Assembly (NCBI GenBank): GCA_963809595.1
Contig: CAWEKG010000001.1
Span: 280,326 to 344,325, forward strand
DNA length: 64,000 bases
DNA from: an uncultured Chloroflexia bacterium
Lineage (GTDB): Bacteria; Chloroflexota; Limnocylindria; Limnocylindrales; CSP1-4
Reading direction: 5' to 3'
A model generated the notes under the pieces. That model was not told the DNA's origin, searched no databases, and saw only the letters and a program-made list of their open reading frames with translations. The translations under genes were made by a program, and so were the position numbers. Of this stretch, positions 56,526 to 64,000 are shown one piece after another. Each line of letters begins with the position of its first letter. Position 1 is the first letter of the stretch.

Positions 56526-57348
56526 CCGACGGCTCGATCCTCTCCCGCCAGGAGCGCTTCGCCGCGGTCGGCTCGACGAACGACGTCGTCCGGGCCTGGC
56601 TCGACGAGGGCACGCCCGAGGTCTGCCTCGCGGTGGCCGACGAGCAGACCGCCGGTCGCGGCCGGGAGGGTCGGTCGTGGACCGCGCCGCCCGGCGTCGG
56701 GCTGCTGTGCTCGGTGGGCTTCCGCCCGTCCTGGCTCGCGCCCGAGGGCGCCTGGCGCCTGGCCGCGATCGTGGCCCTGGCGATGGCCGACGCGGCCGAG
56801 GAGGTGGCCGGTCTGGCCGACCGGGCGATCCGCCTGAAGTGGCCCAACGACCTGGTCGTCGAGCCCGCCGACGGCTCGGTCCGGAAGGTGGGCGGGGTGC
56901 TCGGCGAGACGGTCGGTCTCGGGGGGGCCGATCCGCGGGCGATCGTCGGGATCGGGGTCAACGGGGACTGGTCGGCGGCCGACTTCCCGCCGGGCTGGCC
57001 GAGTCGATGACCAGCCTGCGCGAGGCGTCGGGCGGGCGACCGATCGACCACGATCGGCTGCTCGAGGCGTTCACGACCCGGCTCGAGGCGCGCACGATCG
57101 CCCTTCGCGGCGGCCGCTTCGACGTGGCCGACTGGACGGCTCGTCAGCTGACCACCGGCCGAACGGTCCGGCTGGCGCTCCCGGACGGCACGGCCGTCAC
57201 GGTGACGGCGCTCGGCGTGGATGCGGCGAGCGGCGGGCTCGTGGTCGAGGATCCGTCGGCGGTGGGTGGCGAGCGGACGATCCTCAGCGGCGAGGTGGTC
57301 CACCTCCGCCTGGCCCTCGACCCGGTCCCGCTCGCGGGCGGGGTGTAA
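56522..57348 (+). pseudogene. birA: biotin--[acetyl-CoA-carboxylase] ligase, one frame break
   Basis: N-terminal part is in ORF 56522..57010 (AAVGSTNDVV...DEQTAGRGREGRSW...LKWPNDL...GIGVN). C-terminal part is in the frame of ORF 55960..57348 (LAESMTSLREASGG...VVHLR). The break is near 56993, where a CCGCCGGGCTGG run looks 1 nt short. Length 827 = 3n-1. Confidence 0.8.
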
Positions 57349-57352
57349 CGCG

Positions 57353-57970
57353 ATGGCCCGAGCGGTGTTCAGGAAGGTGACGGCGGAGGAGGGCCGCCGC
57401 GTCGTTCATCTCGACCGCGACCGACCCCTCGTCGAGGCCGCCCTGCGCGACCCGGCCCGGTTCGACGCCCTGTATCGGAAGTACCTCGCCCAGGTGTACA
57501 GCTACGCGTACTACGAGCTCGGCGATCACCACGACGCCGAGGACGCCACCGAGCGGACGTTCCTGCTCGCTCTCGGCGCCCTGTCGCGGTTCGAGGAGCG
57601 GGCCCGACCGGCCGACGGCGAGGGCGCCTCGACCTTCCGGGTCTGGCTCTTCCAGATCGCCCGGAACGTCGTGGCCAACGCCCGGCGGGACCGCCGGCGT
57701 CATCCCGAGTCCCGGCTCGAGGCGGCGGCCGGGCTGCCCGTCCCGCACGACCTGGAAGGCGCCGTGAGTCGCGGCGACGAGGCGGTCGAGGCCTGGGCCG
57801 CGGTCGGCCGTCTGCCCGACGACCGCCGTCGCGCGCTGGTCCTGCGCTTCGTGGAGGAGATGTCCACCGCCGAGATCGCCGGCGTGCTCGGTCGCTCCGA
57901 AGGTGCGGTCCGGGTCCTCATCCACCGCGGCCTCCGGGCGGTCGCCCGCGACCTGGGCGACCGAGGATGA
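57353..57970 (+). CDS. ECF-type RNA polymerase sigma-70 family factor
   Basis: Frame of ORF 57221..57970 with ATG 57353. Region 2 is YSYAYYELGDHHDAEDATERTF...WLFQIARN. Region 4 is LPDDRRRALVLRFVEEMSTAEIAGVLGRSEGAVRVLIHRG. Confidence 0.88.
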   Translation: MARAVFRKVTAEEGRRVVHLDRDRPLVEAALRDPARFDALYRKYLAQVYSYAYYELGDHHDAEDATERTFLLALGALSRFEERARPADGEGASTFRVWLFQIARNVVANARRDRRRHPESRLEAAAGLPVPHDLEGAVSRGDEAVEAWAAVGRLPDDRRRALVLRFVEEMSTAEIAGVLGRSEGAVRVLIHRGLRAVARDLGDRG

Positions 57971-58503
57971 CCCTGATCGGGCGCGAGGGACCGGAGGTCG
58001 ACGCCCTCGTCACCGACCGCTACCTGGAGGCGCTCCTCTCCGCCGGCGATCGGGGCGCCACCGACGCGCCGAGCACCGCCGAGCTCGACCCCCGGGTCCG
58101 CGCCACGGCACTCCGACTGGCCGTCGACCTGACTCGGGTCCATCCGTCGTTCCGCTTCGAGGAGCGACTCGCCGGCCGGCTGGCCGACGTCGCTGCCCGG
58201 ATGTCGCTCGCCCGGGAGGCCGGGGCGCCCGCCGACGCCGGTCCGACGCCCGGTCTCGACGACCTCGCGTCGCGCAGGCTCGGTCGGGTCGACCCGCTCG
58301 ACCTCCTCGACCCGGCGCGACCCGACGTGGCCGCGGCCCAGGACCGCCGTCCGCTGATCATCGGCGGGACGCTCGCCTCGGCCGCGATCTCGATCGCCGG
58401 CGCCGCGATCGTGGCCTGGCGGCTGAGCCGGCCCGGCCCCGCGCCGACGTCCCGAGCGATCCGTGCAGCGCGCGACCGGGTCGACGGGGTGAGGCTGGCC
58501 TGA
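57967..58503 (+). CDS. putative anti-sigma factor (single-pass membrane protein)
   Basis: 178 aa with an ATGA overlap with the sigma gene. One TM helix (LIIGGTLASAAISIAGAAIVAW) lies near the C-terminus. The function is inferred from position only. Confidence 0.5.
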   Translation: MTLIGREGPEVDALVTDRYLEALLSAGDRGATDAPSTAELDPRVRATALRLAVDLTRVHPSFRFEERLAGRLADVAARMSLAREAGAPADAGPTPGLDDLASRRLGRVDPLDLLDPARPDVAAAQDRRPLIIGGTLASAAISIAGAAIVAWRLSRPGPAPTSRAIRAARDRVDGVRLA

Positions 58504-59493
58504 TGCCGATCAAGCTGCCCTCGTTCCGGGCCCGCAAGGACGCCTTCCCGGCCGACCTCTGGACGAAGTGCCCGTCCTGCGGTGAGCAGCTCTTCAATCG
58601 CCAGCTCGACAAGACGATGCGGGTCTGCCCCACCTGCGGGCATCACTTCCGACTATCGGCCTCGGCCCGGCTGGGCCAGCTCCTCGACGAGGGCACGTTC
58701 CGCGAGCAGGACCCCGGTCTCCAGTCGGTGGACCCGCTCGGGTTCGTCGACCAGAAGGCCTACCCGGATCGGGTCGCGGCGGCCCAGGTCGCGACCGGGA
58801 TGCGCGATGCCGCCGTCTGGGGCTTCGGCTCGATCGGCGGTCACCGGGTCGCGATCTGCGTGATGGACTTCGGGTTCATGGGCGGTTCGATGGGTGCGGT
58901 CGTCGGCGAGAAGGTCACCCGGGCCGCCGAGGCCGCCCTCGAGGCGCGGCTCCCGCTCGTCGTCGTCTCGGCCTCCGGCGGCGCCCGGATGCAGGAGGGG
59001 ACCCTCGCCCTGATGCAGCTGGCCAAGACCGTGGCGGCCACCGAGCGCCTGCGCACGGCCGGGATCCCGTTCATCTCGATCATGAGCGACCCGACCACCG
59101 GAGGCGTGTTCGCGTCCTTCGCGGCCCTCGGCGACGTCAACCTGGCCGAGCCCAACGCGCTCATCGGGTTCGCCGGGGCCCGGGTCAACGCCGGGACGAT
59201 CGGCGGCGAGCTGCCCGACGGGTTCCAGCGGGCCGAGTTCCTGTTTCGCCACGGCTTCGTCGATCGGGTCGTCCATCGGAGCGAGCTCAGGACCGAGGTC
59301 GCGGCCCTGGTCGGCTTCCTCCAGCCGGCCGGCCTCGACGAGGATGCGAACGGCGACACGGGGTCGCTGCCCGGCTTCCGCCCGCTCTCGTTCCTGAGCG
59401 CGCTGGCCGACCGGGTCATCCCCGAGGGCGAAGCCGGTCAGCCGGGCGCCAACGGCTCGGGTCCGACGGCCGGCGTGGCCGAGGGTCGGACCC

Positions 59494-59501
<8 letters not shown>
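58503..59501 (+). CDS. accD: acetyl-CoA carboxylase carboxyltransferase beta subunit
   Basis: Frame of ORF 57903..59501 with ATG 58503. Zn ribbon CPSCGEQL...CPTCGHH. MDFGFMGGSMG and SGGARMQEG. Confidence 0.93.
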
Positions 59502-60491
<990 letters not shown>

Positions 60492-60495
<4 letters not shown>

Positions 60496-61151
60496 GCCGA
60501 CGGACCGGCGAGGGCGCCAGCGACGGGGTCCGCGACCCGGGCGACCGGCTGGCCGACCATCGGGCGATCGACGGGCTGGCCGAGGAGCTCGTCCCGGCGC
60601 TCATCGCCAAGCTCGGCGCGAGCGGGCTGGGCGAGATCGAGGTCCGCGAGGGCGACTGGCGGATCCGGCTCCGCCGACCCGAGGGGTCCGGGCCGGTCGG
60701 CGGTCGCCGCGTCGAGGGTCGCGCCGGGCGGCCCGGCAACCGGACCACCGCCACTACCGAGACCGGCTCCGTCCGACCGGAGCTGACCCCGGTGGGTCCC
60801 GGCCGGGGAGAGGATCACCCGGTCCCCGATGCCACTTCGGGCGACGGCTCCCCGGCCGAGCGTTCAGGCCGCGCACGCGACCCATACCGGGCCGTGGCCA
60901 CCTCGCCTGCGGTCGGGTTCTTCCACCCGAAGGCCGGGACGGTCGCCGGGTCACGAGTCCGGGCCGGCGATCCGGTCGGCTCGATCGATGTCCTGGGCGT
61001 CCCGACCGAGGTCCTGGCGCCGGCCGACGGGATCGTCGGGGCGAGCCTGGTCGAGCCGGGTGAGGCCGTGGAATACGGCCAGGAGCTGGTCTGGGTGGAG
61101 CTCCTGTCGACGACGCCGACAGCGCTCGACGGCGCCTCGGACGAGAGCTGA
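60492..61151 (+). CDS. accB: biotin carboxyl carrier protein homologue lacking the biotinyl-lysine motif
   Basis: 219 aa. BCCP-like N-terminus (LIAKLGASGLGEIEVREGDWRIRLRR), a Pro/Gly linker and a C-terminal hammerhead domain (SPAVGFFHP...AGDPVGSIDVLGVPTEVLAPADGIVG...VEYGQELVWVEL). DVLGV occupies the position of the canonical EAMKM. Confidence 0.8.
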
Positions 61152-61168
61152 GCGATGAAGGCGGCCTG

Positions 61169-62539
61169 ATGTTCCAGAAGATCCTCATCGCCAATCGGGG
61201 CGAGATCGCCCTGCGGATCCTGCGCGCCTGCCGGGCCCTCGGAGTGGAGGCGGTCGTCGCCTACAGCGAAGCGGACGTGGACAGCCTGGCGGTCCGCCTG
61301 GCCGACGAGGCGATCTGCATCGGACCGGCCGATGCCAAGCGGAGCTACCTCTCGGCGCCGGCCCTCATCAGCGCCGCCGTCGTGACCGGCTGCGACGCCG
61401 TCCATCCGGGCTATGGCTTCCTGTCCGAGGACGCCGACTTCGCCGAGGTGGTCCGGGCCCACGACCTCACCTTCATCGGCCCGCCGCCCCAGGTCCTCGA
61501 GCGCTTCGCCAGCAAGGAGGGGACCCGTCGCCTGCTCGGCGGCTTCGGTCTGCCGACGATCCCCGGCTCGAACGGGATGCTCCGCGACGACCTCCACGGG
61601 CTCGAGGAAGCCGAGCGGATCGGCTACCCGGTGCTGATCAAGCCGAGCGCCGGCGGCGGCGGCAAGGGGATGCGGATGGTCCGCTCCGCCCGCGAGCTCG
61701 AGGGCGCCCTGAAGATCTGTCGATCCGAGGCGAAGGCGGCCTTCGGCGACGATTCGCTCTACCTCGAGAAGTGGCTCGAGGAGACCCGCCATGTCGAGAT
61801 CCAGGTGGCCGTCGACCGCTTCGGGAACGGCGTCCACATGGGCGAGCGGGACTGCTCGGTCCAGCGCCGGCACCAGAAGATCCTCGAGGAGGCCCCCACC
61901 CCGGCCCTCAGCGCGGCGGCCCGGGCCAGCCTCGCCGACCGGGCGATCCGGGCGGTGGTCGCGGCCGGCTACGAGAACCTCGGCACGCTCGAGTTCCTGG
62001 TCGATGGCAATGGCGAGGCCTTCTTCATCGAGATCAACTGCCGGATCCAGGTGGAGCACCCGGTGACCGAGATGCTCACCGGCATCGACCTGGTCTCGAC
62101 CCAGATCCGGATCGCCGCGGGCGAGCCGCTCGGGCTGACCCAGGCCGACATCGACATCCGCGGTCACGCCATCGAGCTGCGGATCAACGCCGAGGATGTC
62201 GACCACGACTTCCGGCCCAGCGCCGGGATCGTCGAGCGCTACCAGGCGCCCGGCGGGCCGGGCGTCCGGATGGACTCCCACCTGTACGCCGGCTACGAGG
62301 TTCCCCCGTTCTACGACTCGCTCCTCGGCAAGCTCGTGGTCTGGGGCCGCGATCGCGACGCCGCCATCGGCCGGGCCGCGGCGGCCCTCGACGAGCTCAT
62401 CATCGAGGGCCTCGTCACGAACGTGCCGATCCACCGGGCGCTCCTCACCAACGAGCTGTTCCTCGAGGGCCGGATGACGACGAACCTCCTCGATCGGGTG
62501 GGCAGCGCGGCCTTCCTCGCGGCCGCCGAGCGCCGGTGA
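61169..62539 (+). CDS. accC: acetyl-CoA carboxylase biotin carboxylase subunit
   Basis: 456 aa. MFQKILIANRGEIALRI, GYPVLIKPSAGGGGKGMR, EINCRIQVEHPVTE. Confidence 0.96.
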   Translation: MFQKILIANRGEIALRILRACRALGVEAVVAYSEADVDSLAVRLADEAICIGPADAKRSYLSAPALISAAVVTGCDAVHPGYGFLSEDADFAEVVRAHDLTFIGPPPQVLERFASKEGTRRLLGGFGLPTIPGSNGMLRDDLHGLEEAERIGYPVLIKPSAGGGGKGMRMVRSARELEGALKICRSEAKAAFGDDSLYLEKWLEETRHVEIQVAVDRFGNGVHMGERDCSVQRRHQKILEEAPTPALSAAARASLADRAIRAVVAAGYENLGTLEFLVDGNGEAFFIEINCRIQVEHPVTEMLTGIDLVSTQIRIAAGEPLGLTQADIDIRGHAIELRINAEDVDHDFRPSAGIVERYQAPGGPGVRMDSHLYAGYEVPPFYDSLLGKLVVWGRDRDAAIGRAAAALDELIIEGLVTNVPIHRALLTNELFLEGRMTTNLLDRVGSAAFLAAAERR

Positions 62540-62663
62540 GCCCGACCCCCGAGCCTCCCCCGATCGACCGGCGCTCGATGCAGACCTGCAACGAGCGTTC
62601 GCACGGACGGCCGCCGAGCCGTCAGACTGGGTGCCACCCCCGATCCCCCAGCTGGAGTCGCCC

Positions 62664-63167
62664 GTGACCGAACAGGCCGTCCCCGCCGACGCATCCGACC
62701 CCGGACCCGAACGGCCCGGGCTCGTCCACACGACCCGCGAGATCGAGGCGCTCATCCCCCATCGCTGGCCGTTCCTGCTGGTCGACCGGATCGTCGAGTA
62801 CGACCCGGCGGCCCAGCGGATCGTCGGGATCAAGGGCGTGACGGCGACCGAGTGGTTCTTCCAGGGCCACTTCCCGGGCCTGCCCGTGATGCCCGGCGTG
62901 CTCCAGGTGGAGGCGCTGGCCCAGACGATGGCGGTCTACGTCGCCAGGCAGCCCGGGTTCGGGGACCGGATCGGTCTCTTCGGCGGGATCGACGACTGCC
63001 GCTTCAAGCGGGTCGTGACGCCCGGCGACACGCTCCGACTCGAGATCACGATGGACAAGCTCGGCCGGCGCTTCGGTCGCGGGCGGGGCGTCGCCTCGGT
63101 CGACGGCGAGGTCGCCTGCGAGGCGACGCTCAGCTTCATCATCCCGGACGCCTCGGTGCTCCGCTGA
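62664..63167 (+). CDS. fabZ: 3-hydroxyacyl-ACP dehydratase
   Basis: ORF 62631..63167. IPHRWPFLLVDRI...FFQGHFPGLPVMPGVLQVEALAQ. I prefer GTG 62664 (GGAG upstream); the alternative is GTG 62631. Confidence 0.9.
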   Translation: MTEQAVPADASDPGPERPGLVHTTREIEALIPHRWPFLLVDRIVEYDPAAQRIVGIKGVTATEWFFQGHFPGLPVMPGVLQVEALAQTMAVYVARQPGFGDRIGLFGGIDDCRFKRVVTPGDTLRLEITMDKLGRRFGRGRGVASVDGEVACEATLSFIIPDASVLR

Positions 63168-63910
63168 TGGCCCGGATCGCCCTGCTCGGCGACGTCCACG
63201 GCAACGCCCTCGCCCTCGAGGCGGTGCGGGTCGCGCTCAGGGCCGCCCGGCCGGATGCCGTGATGGTCGCCGGCGATCTCGTCCTCAACGGCCCCGAGCC
63301 GGCCGCGGCGATCGACGCGGTCCGCGAGCTGGAGGCCGACGGCGCGCTGGTGATCCAGGGCAACACCGACATCGCCGTGGCCGACTTCGATTACGGCGCG
63401 GCATTCCCCTGGATGGCCGACGACATCCCCGACGCGATCCGGGCGGCCGCCGAGTGGGCCCACGAGGCGATCGGGCCGGAGCGGGTCGACTGGCTGCGCC
63501 GGCTTCCGGCGGAGCGGCGGATCCGGCTCGACGAGACCCTCGCCCTGGTCTGCCATGCCTCACCGGGATCGCAGACGGAGGGCTTCGATCCGGCCCTCGA
63601 CGCGAACGTCTCGCTCGAGCGGGCTTCGGGGACCGACGCCCGGATCATCGCCTGCGGGCACACCCACCTGCCCGAGGTGCGCGATCTCGGCTGGCGGGTC
63701 ATCGTCAACTCGGGCAGCGCCGGCTACGTCTTCGACGGCGACCCCACCGCCTCGTGGGCGCTCATCGACATCGAGGCCGACGAGGTCCGGGCCGAGATCC
63801 AGCGAGCCTCGTTCGACGCGATGGCCGTCTCGAACGCGATCTCCGAGCGCGGCCTCCCGGGCGACGTCTACCGGGCCGCGACGGTCCGGACCGGGAAGCT
63901 CGTCCGATGA
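63167..63910 (+). CDS. metallophosphoesterase family protein (YfcE/MJ0936-like)
   Basis: Frame of ORF 62852..63910. ATG 63167 overlaps the fabZ stop by 1 nt (TGATG). LLGDVHGN, AGDLVLNGP, QGNTD, GHTH. Confidence 0.8.
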   Translation: MARIALLGDVHGNALALEAVRVALRAARPDAVMVAGDLVLNGPEPAAAIDAVRELEADGALVIQGNTDIAVADFDYGAAFPWMADDIPDAIRAAAEWAHEAIGPERVDWLRRLPAERRIRLDETLALVCHASPGSQTEGFDPALDANVSLERASGTDARIIACGHTHLPEVRDLGWRVIVNSGSAGYVFDGDPTASWALIDIEADEVRAEIQRASFDAMAVSNAISERGLPGDVYRAATVRTGKLVR

Positions 63911-64000
63911 CCGACGGTCACCGCTGGCCGGCCTCGCCGCGGCGGGTCGTCGTCACCGGGATGGGCGCCGTCACCGCGCTCGGCAACGACGTCGCGACCA
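63907..64000 (+). CDS. fabF: beta-ketoacyl-ACP synthase II, 5' partial (runs off the window)
   Basis: ATGA overlap with the previous gene. RRVVVTGMGAVTALGNDVAT is the typical KAS N-terminus. The context is accDABC-fabZ. Confidence 0.7.
   Translation, partial: MTDGHRWPASPRRVVVTGMGAVTALGNDVAT

Overview
High-GC (roughly 70%) bacterial chromosomal segment. The F420-type LLM oxidoreductase, Ala/Pro/Ser-rich lipoprotein linkers, frequent GTG/TTG starts and 4-nt start/stop overlaps suggest an Actinomycetota- or Chloroflexota-like organism. I can support about 65 genes, nearly all housekeeping.

Gene content, in order:
- A small-regulator and transporter region: two divergent ArsR regulators, VOC, dienelactone hydrolase, APC permease, LLM oxidoreductase, MFS.
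- A SAM/MTA recycling cluster (apt-mtnA-GNAT-ahcY-membrane protein-metK), followed by a NitT/TauT-type ABC importer with a THI5/NMT1-like binding protein.
- A potADBC polyamine importer, then manC-manB.
- A three-gene secreted-protein operon.
- A cobalamin riboswitch driving btuFCD plus an extra lipoprotein.
- An ureohydrolase, an aminotransferase, and M20 and M1 peptidases.
- A GcvT-like gene, a vapBC module, and two tandem CrtI-like flavoproteins.
- trpS read in frame into an AI-2E transporter.
- hom-thrC-thrB, then ask and birA.
- An ECF sigma/anti-sigma pair, then accD-accA-accB-accC-fabZ-(phosphoesterase)-fabF.

I recognised no rRNA, tRNA, CRISPR array, transposase or integrase.

Most notable observations:
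- The AccB homologue lacks the biotinyl-lysine.
- A stop-less TrpRS/AI-2E junction sits on an ATGA tetranucleotide.
- Single-base frame breaks are densely clustered at 52-57 kb, affecting five consecutive genes including ask and birA. One more lies in the GcvT-like gene.
- MtnA has a Tat-signal-like N-terminal extension.
- A secreted operon is headed by a gingipain-like His/Cys protein.
- Several intergenic regions are long and structured but unclassified.

All functional calls come from reading the translated ORFs. No database search was run.
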